This document shows, one piece after another, positions 30,501 to 38,999 of a stretch of DNA of 64,000 bases. Origin of the DNA: Candidatus Latescibacterota bacterium (GTDB lineage Bacteria; Latescibacterota; UBA2968; UBA8231); contig CBDETK010000013.1 of assembly GCA_965242865.1 (NCBI GenBank), forward strand, positions 2,592,001 to 2,656,000, written 5' to 3'. A program made the position numbers and the translations under genes. Within the stretch, counting starts at the first letter, position 1, and each line of letters begins with the position of its first letter. A model generated the notes under the pieces. That model was not told where the DNA came from. It searched no databases and was given only the letters and a program-made list of their open reading frames with translations.

Positions 30501-30763
30501 CCGGGGCGGCCCGCTTCCGCCCCATCCTCCTCACCTCCCTGACGACCTTCTTTGGGCTGTTGCCGATGATCCTCGAAAAAAGCATCCAAGCGCAGTTCCT
30601 AATCCCCATGGCCGTCAGCTTGGGCTTTGGCATCCTCTTTGCCACCTTCATCATTTTGCTGGGCGTCCCGGTGGGCATGCACCTGCTGGTGAAAGCACAG
30701 GGGCTTTGGGCGCGGTTGGGCGCGGGTAAAACCGCCTCGGTCGCGCCGGTTCCTGAGTCTTGA
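27560..30763 (+). CDS. RND efflux permease (AcrB family)
   Basis: 1067 aa; GIVVDDAIIVGEN, GVVVNDS, RFRPILLTS. Confidence 0.93.
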   Translation: MKAPVAWMAKNHVAANLLMGFIMLSGLFSMMQTKKETFPEMSLDQVQIQVPYLGATPAEVEDAVCKRIEERVRGLEGVRRVRSTAAEGMGSVSIELERGADLDKLLDDIKNEIDRIDTFPAEVEEPVIKELTRRNQAIDVVLYGEVEEKALKVAAERVRDDLRSSGVISQVELKGVRVDEIAIEVSEEALRRYGLTFAQVADAVRRTSLDLPAGRVESEDGAILLRTQGLMRSGREYEEVVVLTRPDGTALKLKDMATVVDGFEDTELISRFNGQPAAVVQVYRIGDQSALDISAYVHQYIEDKRSTLPAGIHINYARDDARILRSRIDLLIRNARLGLVLVFICLSFFLDLRLAFWVMMGIPISFLGAFVLMEPFDASINMLSLFAFIVALGIVVDDAIIVGENIFAHRVQGKPFGRAAIDGALEVGTPVTFSIMTSIAAFMPLFFVEGLMGKFMSVMPVIVISVLLLSLIESLFILPAHLSSEGDGALSRLVRRLLARPLAWHDRVVVLFDRGLQYVIHNAYQPTLRLALAHPISSAALALSLMMGTGGLIAGGHIKFVFMPEIGSDWVTISVNMPQGTTASQTAKVVQYIEEKALALRDQIDAERASEDSIYRNVFTYIGDQPTARRSSFASAPGAGGQGHLAEITIELQPSEERDFDSTEIESQLRQRVGEVPGPESIVFSSLLFSAGNPIEVELAADNFDQLLLAVDRLKGKIAEYAGVGDIQDSFEEGKLEMKLQLKPQARTLGLTLADLARQVRQGFYGDQALRFQRGSDDVRVMVRYPKGERRNLGDVRSMRVRTPSGAEVPFGEVATVAIGHAYASIQRTDGQRVVRVTASVDDQVANADEINRDLESSLLPALAADYPGLRYRFGGEQKEQQDSLQSLLSNFAIALFAIYMLLAVPFKSYTQPLVVMSAIPFGIIGAVWGHLLMGLDLALLSFFGIVALSGVVVNDSLVLLTFYNQMLRGGTPHAEALVSAGAARFRPILLTSLTTFFGLLPMILEKSIQAQFLIPMAVSLGFGILFATFIILLGVPVGMHLLVKAQGLWARLGAGKTASVAPVPES

Positions 30764-32394
30764 AGGATTGGTGGGGTGGTCTGTTGCCGTTGTGCATGGT
30801 GGCTTGTGCGCCGGCGGACGGCCCTCCCTTCATTGACAAGGCCGGCGAGTGGGGCTTGGACCGGCCCCACGTCGGCGGCGGCGCGGAAAAGCGCTATATC
30901 GTCGAAGCCAAAGGCGGCGGGGCCGCGCTCCTCGACGCAGACTTGGACGGCGACTTGGACATCTACTGGGTCAATGGGGAGGGCGGTGGCAATGCCCTCT
31001 ACCGCAACGACCACAACGACCGCGCCCGCAACTTTGTCGATAGAGCGGTCGCGGCCGGGGTGGTGGGTCGCGGCTGGGGCATGGGGGCGCTGAGCGCGGA
31101 CTACGATGCCGACGGCGACGCCGATTTGTACGTCACGTGCCTGCGCGAAAACATCCTCTATCGCAACGACGGGTTGGAGCAATTCGCCGACGCTACGGCC
31201 AGCGCCGGGCTGGCGCTGCCGGTGTGGAGTACGGGCGCGGCCATGGGCGACGCGGACTTGGACGGCGACTTGGATTTGTACGTGGCCAATTACGCGGATT
31301 TTGATTCGGCCACAGTGCGGCCCTTGGGGACGCAGTGGAAGGGCCGGGACGTGTTCGTCGGCCCGCTGGGCTTGCCCGCGCAGCCGGATGTGCTCTACCG
31401 CAACGAGGGCGCGGGCGTCTTTACCGATGTGACGGCCGCCAGCGGCCTCGGGCGGCCTGACCCGGGCTATGGGTTTGCCGTGCTCTTCGTGGACAGCGAC
31501 GACGACGGCGATTTGGACTTGTATGTCGCCAACGACTCAACGCCCAATTTCCTCTACCGCAACGATGGTGCCGGTATCTTTGCCGAAGTGGGGTTACGGG
31601 CCAACGCCGCGCTGGGGGAAACGGGCTTGGCGCAGGCTGGCATGGGCGCGGCGTGGGGCGATTACGACAACGATGGCGACAGCGATTTGCTGGTCACCAA
31701 CTTTGAGGACGACTACAACACGCTCTATCGCAACACCGGCCGCGGCACTTTTGCGGACGTGAGCTTTGCCGCTGGCTTGGGGCGCATCAGCCTTCCCTAC
31801 GTGGGGTTTGGCGCGGTCTTTTTCGACTTTGACAACGACGCCGACCCAGACTTATTCGTGGCCAACGGGCACGTGTACCCCCAAATCGAACGCCCGGGCA
31901 GCGGCGCGACCTACGCGCAAGCCAACCACTTGTTCGCCAATGACGCCGGTCACTTCCGCCTCGTTGAGCGCGCCCCAAGCGAGAAGCAGGCGGTCAGTCG
32001 CGGCGCGGTGGCCGGGGACTTTGACGACGATGGCCGCTTAGACCTGTTCGTCACCAACCTCAACGGCCGGCCCTCCCTGCTGCACAACCAGACGACCGCT
32101 GACCACCACTGGCTCGGCCTGCGCCTTGTGGGCGCGGGAAAAAACCGCGAGGCCGTTGGTGCGAAGGTCGTATTGTGGAGCGGCGGTCAAAAGCAGCGGC
32201 GGGATGTGCTCTGCGGCGAGAGCTTCTTGGGCAGCGGCGACCGGCGCGTGCATTTTGGCTTGGGCGCAACGGGCCGAGCGGATTCGCTGCACATCTATTG
32301 GCCGAGCGGGGTGCTGCAACGGCTAATTGACTTGCCGATTGATGAGTATGTGAGGGTTGAGGAGGGAGTTGATGGCGGCGTTGGAGTTTGGTAG
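30760..32394 (+). CDS. CRTAC1-family protein (FG-GAP/VCBS repeats + ASPIC/UnbV)
   Basis: Repeated D.D.DGD.DLYV..N....LYRN; RVHFGLG and WPSG at the C-terminus. Confidence 0.88.
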   Translation: MKDWWGGLLPLCMVACAPADGPPFIDKAGEWGLDRPHVGGGAEKRYIVEAKGGGAALLDADLDGDLDIYWVNGEGGGNALYRNDHNDRARNFVDRAVAAGVVGRGWGMGALSADYDADGDADLYVTCLRENILYRNDGLEQFADATASAGLALPVWSTGAAMGDADLDGDLDLYVANYADFDSATVRPLGTQWKGRDVFVGPLGLPAQPDVLYRNEGAGVFTDVTAASGLGRPDPGYGFAVLFVDSDDDGDLDLYVANDSTPNFLYRNDGAGIFAEVGLRANAALGETGLAQAGMGAAWGDYDNDGDSDLLVTNFEDDYNTLYRNTGRGTFADVSFAAGLGRISLPYVGFGAVFFDFDNDADPDLFVANGHVYPQIERPGSGATYAQANHLFANDAGHFRLVERAPSEKQAVSRGAVAGDFDDDGRLDLFVTNLNGRPSLLHNQTTADHHWLGLRLVGAGKNREAVGAKVVLWSGGQKQRRDVLCGESFLGSGDRRVHFGLGATGRADSLHIYWPSGVLQRLIDLPIDEYVRVEEGVDGGVGVW

Positions 32395-32522
32395 GTTGTC
32401 CGTCGATAGCACTGAATGGCGGTATAGTTGAGGATAGTAGGGCCGCTGTTCCGACACACTTTCACTTCGTGTGACCAGATGCCCCGGTTGCTAGTACACA
32501 TAAACTATTGGAGATGATTAAG

Positions 32523-33917
32523 ATGTTCGAGCGTTTGCGAATACAAAACTTTAAGGGGTGGCAGGATACTGGCCGCATTCGCATGGCTCCTATTACTCTT
32601 TTCTTTGGTGCCAACAGTTCCGGCAAGTCCAGTATCGGCCAGTTTCTGATGATGCTAAAGCAGACGGTTGAATCACCAGATAGGAAGGCGGTGTTTCACC
32701 TTGGTGGGAAAAACACAGCGGTCCAACTCGGCTCCTATCGGGAAATGGTTTTTCGCCGCGATCCAAAAAAGGAAATCTCGTTTGAGTATCAGTGGTCGCT
32801 TCCCAACAGCTTAACAATTAAGGATCCTATTTCAGAGCGATCACTTAAAGGAGATGCGTTAGTTTTTGCAGCAGAAGTAGGATTGAGCGACTCAAATTTG
32901 CTTGAAGTTAAAAAAACCAAATACCGAGTTTTTAAGGAAGACTATCAGTCGCTGTCCGTTGGGTTAGAAGAAGGCGATAAACGGAATTACGCGGTATCCG
33001 CGGAGGGGTACGATCTCGTCAGAAAAAGAGGACGTGGCTGGCCTCTAAGAGGCCCTGTGCGCTTCTATGGCTTTCCAGACGAGGCGGTTACCTATTACCA
33101 GAACGCTGAGTTTCTTCAGGAACTGAACCTAGAGCAAGAATTGTTGTTCAAATCCATCTACTATCTTGGCCCGCTTAGAACAAGGGCCGATAGACTTTAT
33201 ACATGGACTGGTATCACGCCTGAAAGCGTTGGTTTTGCAGGCGAAAATACCGTAGCAGCCATTCTTGCTGCACGAGACCGTAGAATTAGCTTGGGGCACC
33301 GGAAGCGAACCAAGCGATTAGAGGAGATCGTCTCCTCCAAGTTGGAGAAGATGGGATTGCTCGAGAAATTCAAGGTCGATTCCATCCCTGAGCAAAGGCA
33401 AGAATATGAAGTCAAGGTGCACGCGAAAGGCTCAGCGGATTGGGTAGATCTCCCAGATGTCGGCTTTGGCATTTCGCAGGTACTCCCAGTGCTCGTGCAG
33501 TGTTTTTACGCTCCACCGGGATCAATAATCATCATGGAGCAGCCAGAAATCCACCTTCACCCCAGTGCTCAATCGGCCCTAGCCGATGTGATGATTGATG
33601 TGATCAATTCCAAGGAAAATGGTAGAGACAGAAATATCCAGTTGATCATTGAAACCCACTCCGAGCACTTTTTGCGACGCCTACAAAGGAGAATTGCAGA
33701 AGGTGTCATAGATGAGGCAACAGTGTCGGCTTACTTCGCCGATATTAACAAATTTCCCGCCAAGTTAGAGCCTCTACAAATAGACGAGTACGGCAACATT
33801 CAGAACTGGCCGGAACATTTCTTTGGCGATGAGATGGGGGACATTCTCGCGCAGACTGAGGCAGGCATAAAAAGGAGGATGCAATCACAACAAGACACTC
33901 GTGGATTGGAGAAATAA
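32523..33917 (+). CDS. ABC-type ATPase with DUF3696-like C-terminus
   Basis: IQNFKG, GANSSGKSS, YLGPLR, DVGFGISQVLP, EQPEIHLHP, ETHSEH, IDEYGNIQNWPEHFF; low GC. Confidence 0.85.
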   Translation: MFERLRIQNFKGWQDTGRIRMAPITLFFGANSSGKSSIGQFLMMLKQTVESPDRKAVFHLGGKNTAVQLGSYREMVFRRDPKKEISFEYQWSLPNSLTIKDPISERSLKGDALVFAAEVGLSDSNLLEVKKTKYRVFKEDYQSLSVGLEEGDKRNYAVSAEGYDLVRKRGRGWPLRGPVRFYGFPDEAVTYYQNAEFLQELNLEQELLFKSIYYLGPLRTRADRLYTWTGITPESVGFAGENTVAAILAARDRRISLGHRKRTKRLEEIVSSKLEKMGLLEKFKVDSIPEQRQEYEVKVHAKGSADWVDLPDVGFGISQVLPVLVQCFYAPPGSIIIMEQPEIHLHPSAQSALADVMIDVINSKENGRDRNIQLIIETHSEHFLRRLQRRIAEGVIDEATVSAYFADINKFPAKLEPLQIDEYGNIQNWPEHFFGDEMGDILAQTEAGIKRRMQSQQDTRGLEK

Positions 33918-33919
33918 AA

Positions 33920-34445
33920 ATGAAATTCGTCATAGATACCAATGTCGCCATTGTAGCTAATGGCCGAAAGGACGATCTTCCGTCTGATATTCCAAAGAAT
34001 TGCATTAATGAATCTATCGAGAAAATTAAAAATGTCACAGAAAAAAATTATTGTCTCGTTGTTGATGCTGCTGACGAAATTTTCTATGAATACATAAAGA
34101 GCCCCTACCTTTCTTTGAGAGGTCAGCCCGGTATTGGGGACAAATTTGTCAAATGGGTACATGATCATCAATTTAATCCAAGTAAAGTGGCCCGCGTAGA
34201 AATCACCAAAAGCGGAAGCTCTTACAAAGAATTTCCCGACCACCCTGATTTGCATAACGTTTGATTCTTCTGATCGCAAGTTCGTCGCTGTCGCAAATGC
34301 CCATCCTGAAAAGCCGCCTATTTTACAGGCAACGGATAGCAAGTGGTGGGGATGGAAGGATGCTTTGGCCGAAGTTGGAATTACGGTCTGTTTTCTCTGT
34401 CAAGAATTTGTTGAGAAAAAGTACGCGGATAAGATGGGTGCGTGA
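33920..34445 (+). pseudogene. PIN-like nuclease split by one extra base near 34259
   Basis: FVIDTNV start; shifted frame from 34260 reads FDSSDRKFVAVANAHPEKPPILQATDSKWWGW...MGA* and ends in a GTGA overlap with the next gene. Confidence 0.75.
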
Positions 34446-35131
34446 TCGACGCTTTCTTTAAGTTCCCCTCAACGCCACACTTGGCACTCCTCGGCGACGC
34501 CGATGTCAGGAATGATAAGGTCTTGACGGTAGCCGAGCGGAATGAATTTTTGTGCCGTGAGTTGGTCGTCGAAGAAAAAATCGATGGGGCCAATCTCGGC
34601 ATTTCGTTTGATCTCGACGGAAATATTCGCGCCCAAAATCGGGGCGCGTACTTGGAGCTTCCCCGGTCAGGACAATGGAAAAAGCTCTCGGAGTGGTTGA
34701 CGCCGAGAACAGAGACGTTTTTTGAACATCTGTTTGACCGTTACATCCTTTTTGGGGAATGGTGCTATGCTCGGCACACGGTCTTCTACGACCGGCTACC
34801 GGACTGGTTTCTCGGATTCGACGTCTATGATAGGGAAACGGACCGATTTTTATCTTGCGACCGACGCAATGAGCTCTTTCGCTCTATTCGCATTTGTCCC
34901 GTCCCGACCGTCAGACGCGGTTGCTTCACGCTCTCAGAACTGAGCGAACTTCTATTGCAGTCAATGCTCGGCGAGCACCCCGCAGAAGGCATTTATCTCC
35001 GGTCTGATCGCAGTGGCTGGTTGGTTCAGAGGGCCAAGTTGGTTCGTCCCGCCTTTGTTCAGTCAATAGAGCAGCACTGGTCTCGTAAGGACATTGCGCC
35101 CAATCGGTTGAAGTGGGAGGTTCGGACATGA
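34442..35131 (+). CDS. RNA ligase family protein (Rnl2-like nucleotidyltransferase domain)
   Basis: KFPSTPHL, motif I EEKIDGAN, FGEW, FLGFDVY, EGIY, RAKLV. Confidence 0.85.
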   Translation: MIDAFFKFPSTPHLALLGDADVRNDKVLTVAERNEFLCRELVVEEKIDGANLGISFDLDGNIRAQNRGAYLELPRSGQWKKLSEWLTPRTETFFEHLFDRYILFGEWCYARHTVFYDRLPDWFLGFDVYDRETDRFLSCDRRNELFRSIRICPVPTVRRGCFTLSELSELLLQSMLGEHPAEGIYLRSDRSGWLVQRAKLVRPAFVQSIEQHWSRKDIAPNRLKWEVRT

Positions 35132-35158
35132 GTACATCCCTGCTAGCGGCTCAGTGTC

Positions 35159-35409
35159 TTGCTGGTCACCAACTTTGACGACGATGGCCGCTTAGACCTG
35201 TTCGTCACCAACCTCAACGGCCGGCCCTCCCTGCTGCACAACCAGACGACCGCTACCCACCACTGGCTCGGCCTGCTCCTTGTGGGCGCGGGAAAAAACC
35301 GCGAGGCGGTCGGCGCGAAGGTCGTATTGTGGAGTGGCGGTCAAAGGCAGCGGCGGGATGTGCTCTGCGGCGAGAGCTTCTTGGGCAGCGGCGACCGGCG
35401 CGTGCATTT
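35159..35409 (+). repeat. Degenerate duplicate of part of the CRTAC1 gene, internally deleted
   Basis: First ~20 nt match ~31688-31706, then jump at shared ACTTTGA to 32018-32255; several substitutions. Confidence 0.9.
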
Positions 35410-35645
35410 AAATAATTTAGGATGGCTATATCGGTGTGTTAGGCATCGGGAAGGTGGTTTTTTATAAACCGTTGCGTCGTCTTTTTTTCTTATATCAAGC
35501 TCGTATGAGCATCAATCACAATTTCGCCTACCTTATAGCCATTTTTATCTTTCAGGGGCACCCGCCAGATACGATAGCGATCATCTACTTCTGGAAGTCC
35601 AAACTGAATCGCATTGTCGAGATCAATATCTTTTAGATAATTCAC
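35410..35645 (-). pseudogene. AT-rich gene remnant, possibly the N-terminal part of an N4/N6 DNA methyltransferase
   Basis: Reads VNYLKDIDLDNAIQFGLPEVDDRYRIWRVPLKDKNGYKVGEIVIDAHTSLI*EKKTT; family assignment from memory only. Confidence 0.45.
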
Positions 35646-35681
35646 AGAAACAACAGTCTAAGGCGTAACGAACGCACGTGC

Positions 35682-37178
35682 CTAGCGGCGATACTGGTCG
35701 AGCGTCCCTCGTCTCGGATCGAAGGTCGTAGCGTGGTTCCACGAGGCGTCGTGCTGGTGCATCACGTCCCGGATTAGGCGACGGCGATAGAGGCTGTCGA
35801 GATTGTCGGCGGCCATTTTATCGGGGTCGAAGTGGTCTAAAATCAGCCCGCGTAAGTGCGTCTCAACTGCGGCGTACTCAGCCTCCCCGGCGAGATTGTT
35901 CCACTCGCCGGGATCGTTCTCCAAATCAAAAAGCTGTGGCTGGTGGCCGTGGATGTAATTGTATTTGAACCGGTCCTCGCGGACCATGATGCAGGGGGCA
36001 CCCACGGCCTCGTGGGCTTGGGCGAAGATGGGGCGTCCCGCTTGCTGGCCCTCAATAATTGGCAGGAGGCTGGTGCCATCGTGGGGCAAGCGCGCCTCGG
36101 CACCGGCTAATTCGCAAAAGGTCGGCAGCAGGTCGAGGAGTGAGGTCGGCGTCTCAATGGTGGCACCGGCCCGCCACTGGTCGGGGAAGCGGACGATGAG
36201 GGGAACTCGGCAGGACCACTCGTAAAAACAGCGTTTCTGCACCATCTCCTTTTCGCACAGCATGTCGCCGTGGTCGGAGGTAAAGACCACAACCGTGTTG
36301 TCGAGCAGGCCCGTTTGCTCCAAAGTCGCCAGCAAACAACCGACCTTGTCGTCGAGGTACGTCACCAAGCCGTAGTACGCGCGGCGCAGGCGGCGCAGAC
36401 TTGCGGGATCGCGCAAGTTGAAGCGGCGGGTGCCGTGGTAGGTATTGAGCCAGCGATCCATCGCCGAGTAGGTCTCGTCGAGGTGAGCCGGGAATTCGGG
36501 GATGGCAATTTCGGCGTCGGCGTAGCGGTCCCAGTGCGCTTGCGGCGGATGGAACGGCTCGTGTGGGTGGTGGAAGGAAGCGCAGAGGAAGAAGGGGGCG
36601 TCGCCGCGTTGAGCGCGGAGGTACTCGACGGAGCGGAAGAGCGTTTCTTCGTCGTAGCTGAGGGCGTCGTGCCAGAAGTTGACGCGCACGGCTTGGCCGG
36701 TGTAGCCACCAGCGTTGTACGTGGGTCGGTTGCCCATGACCTCTTGGTAGTTATCTCCCTTGGTCTCCTTGATGCGGATCCACTCTTCCTTGACCCACGA
36801 AAAGTCGGGCGGGTAGATGTCGGTCGTCAGCCGGCGGTGGAAGCCGTGTAGTTGGTCTGGGCCGACAAAGTGCATCTTGCCCGAAAGCACGGTGTCGTAC
36901 CCAGCGTCGCTGAGGTAGTGGGCGTATGACGGCACATCCGCGGCCAAGAGCGCGCCGTTGTCCCAAGCACCGATCGCGGAGGCGTGGCGTCCGCTGGTGA
37001 TGCAGGCGCGGCCTGGGGCGCACAAGGGGAACGGAGTGTAGGCCGCGTCAAAGCGGACGCCTTCGGCGGCGAGGCGATTCAAGTGCGGCGTCTGGACGAC
37101 CGGGTGGCCGTAGGCTCCGGTCAGAGCGGCGATGAGTTGATCGGACATGATGAAGAGGATGTTGGGGCGGGCGGGCAT
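35682..37178 (-). CDS. Sulfatase, choline-sulfatase-like
   Basis: PNILFIMSDQ, CAPGR formylglycine motif, GKMHF, SDHGDM, LFDL..DP.E. Confidence 0.9.
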   Translation of the reverse strand: MPARPNILFIMSDQLIAALTGAYGHPVVQTPHLNRLAAEGVRFDAAYTPFPLCAPGRACITSGRHASAIGAWDNGALLAADVPSYAHYLSDAGYDTVLSGKMHFVGPDQLHGFHRRLTTDIYPPDFSWVKEEWIRIKETKGDNYQEVMGNRPTYNAGGYTGQAVRVNFWHDALSYDEETLFRSVEYLRAQRGDAPFFLCASFHHPHEPFHPPQAHWDRYADAEIAIPEFPAHLDETYSAMDRWLNTYHGTRRFNLRDPASLRRLRRAYYGLVTYLDDKVGCLLATLEQTGLLDNTVVVFTSDHGDMLCEKEMVQKRCFYEWSCRVPLIVRFPDQWRAGATIETPTSLLDLLPTFCELAGAEARLPHDGTSLLPIIEGQQAGRPIFAQAHEAVGAPCIMVREDRFKYNYIHGHQPQLFDLENDPGEWNNLAGEAEYAAVETHLRGLILDHFDPDKMAADNLDSLYRRRLIRDVMHQHDASWNHATTFDPRRGTLDQYRR

Positions 37179-37182
37179 GGCT

Positions 37183-38166
37183 TTAGCTTTCGGGTGAAAG
37201 GGATTTCTTTACGTAGGCAACCGACTGCTCGAACTGCTCCAGTTCATAAGCAACCCGCACAGCGGCACTCGCGCCGCGCTCGTGCGGCGTCTGCCAATCG
37301 TCGGGATCGTCGGCCGCCTGATGCAGGGTGCGGATGGCATGTATGGCTTCGTCGAGAGGTCGCTCGGGAAAGGTCGCCCACCAGTCCGCTTCCAACAGGC
37401 GAATGTGGCGGGCGACGCTCGCGCCGAGTTCAATGCAGCCCTCGACCTGCGGCACCGCGCGGTTGAATAGCGCGATTATCTCCGGCCAGTTGACGACCCC
37501 GTCGCCGATGGCACAGCGCTTGAGGCGATAGCCCGAGGGCGTGGGGTGGACCGCGTAGTCCTTGAGGTGGACGTGTTTGAGGATGGGCAAGATGCGCTCG
37601 GCAAAGGATCGGGGATGCTCGCCGACGGCAAGGGCATTGCCTACGTCCATGGTGACGCCGAGTTGCGGGCTGCCGACTTTTTCGCACAGCGACAGCAATT
37701 CCCACGAGCACAGATCCTGGTGGTTTTCAATGCCCACTGGAATACCGTATTCCTCGGCAAGTGGCATGACTTCTTTGAAGGGCTGTACCAAGGCTTCGAT
37801 GTAAGCTCGCATCCCCTCGGCGCCATACTCGGTGCGGTTGCCTTCGACGAGGCGGCTGACAGTGGTGCGCACGGCGCGAGCCCCGGTTTGGTGCGCGGTC
37901 TCAATGGCTTGGCGCAGCGGCGCGATGTCTGCGGCGTAGTCGTCGCCGCCGGTGTCCAAAAACAGATTGAGACCCGCACGCGTCTCGGCAAAAACCGCCC
38001 GCTGCTCGGGCGAGCAGTCGCCCAGCCATTGGGCGGCGAATTCGACGCTGTGGAGGCCCGCGTCCTTGGCCAAGCGCGTCAGGCCCTCGGGGGTGTGGGG
38101 GGCCAGGGCGCGACCGGCTTCGCGGTGGGCGCCGGTAAAGCTCCAAGCGCAGAGGCCGATTTTCAT
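37183..38166 (-). CDS. Sugar phosphate isomerase/epimerase family protein
   Basis: GIENHQD, MDVGN, HVHLKD. Confidence 0.8.
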   Translation of the reverse strand: MKIGLCAWSFTGAHREAGRALAPHTPEGLTRLAKDAGLHSVEFAAQWLGDCSPEQRAVFAETRAGLNLFLDTGGDDYAADIAPLRQAIETAHQTGARAVRTTVSRLVEGNRTEYGAEGMRAYIEALVQPFKEVMPLAEEYGIPVGIENHQDLCSWELLSLCEKVGSPQLGVTMDVGNALAVGEHPRSFAERILPILKHVHLKDYAVHPTPSGYRLKRCAIGDGVVNWPEIIALFNRAVPQVEGCIELGASVARHIRLLEADWWATFPERPLDEAIHAIRTLHQAADDPDDWQTPHERGASAAVRVAYELEQFEQSVAYVKKSLSPES

Positions 38167-38361
38167 GCGCGGCTCGTTTCGGTCAACTGGTCGAGAGGGA
38201 CGTTTTGCTCGACGCCGGTGGATAGGGTTTTGATCCGCACCTGACCGGCGGCCCATTCGTCCGGGGCCAGCAAGACCAGCCGAGCGGCCCCGAGCTGGTC
38301 GGCGCGGCGAAAGGCCCAGCGGACTTTTTTGTCTTCGAGGACCAAGTCAACCGAGCGGCCG
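37968..38361. repeat. 394-bp direct repeat (hisS 3' end + isomerase 5' end), left of RM cargo
   Basis: Matches 40289-40682 with about three substitutions seen. Confidence 0.95.
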
Positions 38362-38388
38362 TTATCCACAGACCGCTCGCTACGAGGA

Positions 38389-38985
38389 TTAGTTTTCCAC
38401 GCTTTCAAATAGATCCAAGTGCTCACCTGTGCCAACGAGTCTCCCATGTAAATGCCGAATGTCAATCACTGCCCCAAAGCGAATGAATATCTTTTCAAAG
38501 TGCTCGTACTGCGGCCCCCAATAGATCAGTGCGCAGGACATCGGGGCACCCTTACCGCCATCCTTCCCGTTTACGAGGAAGCGCAGCCGGGTGTCGTAGA
38601 GAAATGCAACCGCAGTAGCAGTGCCAAACACGTATTGTTTCCAGTGGCGAGTATTCGTGGCGACGGGCACTAGAGCGATCACTTCAACACCATGTTGTAC
38701 GTGAGCTTCGGTGCATTTTCGGAGCCAATCTCGAATCGTGGTGCCTCTCTCGCGGTCCCTGCCGTATGGAGGATTGACGAAAACGGTAGGATAATCCCAC
38801 GACGCCGACAACCCGTCAATCTCAGGCAGGGAGTACTCTACAGTCGCCCTCACGATAGAATGGCGATTGGCGCATGGGTCCAACGCGACTGATCCGGCAA
38901 AAAACTCTCGTATCGCGTTAACGTACTTTGGAGGGGTACACCAATGTTGGCTTAGCACTTCGGCATTGTTGCGTCCTGCGGTCAT
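38389..38985 (-). CDS. DNA N6-adenine methyltransferase (phage Dam-like)
   Basis: WCTP, LDPC, DGL..SW, FVNPPY, LVPV.T.T..W. Confidence 0.85.
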   Translation of the reverse strand: MTAGRNNAEVLSQHWCTPPKYVNAIREFFAGSVALDPCANRHSIVRATVEYSLPEIDGLSASWDYPTVFVNPPYGRDRERGTTIRDWLRKCTEAHVQHGVEVIALVPVATNTRHWKQYVFGTATAVAFLYDTRLRFLVNGKDGGKGAPMSCALIYWGPQYEHFEKIFIRFGAVIDIRHLHGRLVGTGEHLDLFESVEN

Positions 38986-38999
38986 GCCTAGCCGTCCTC

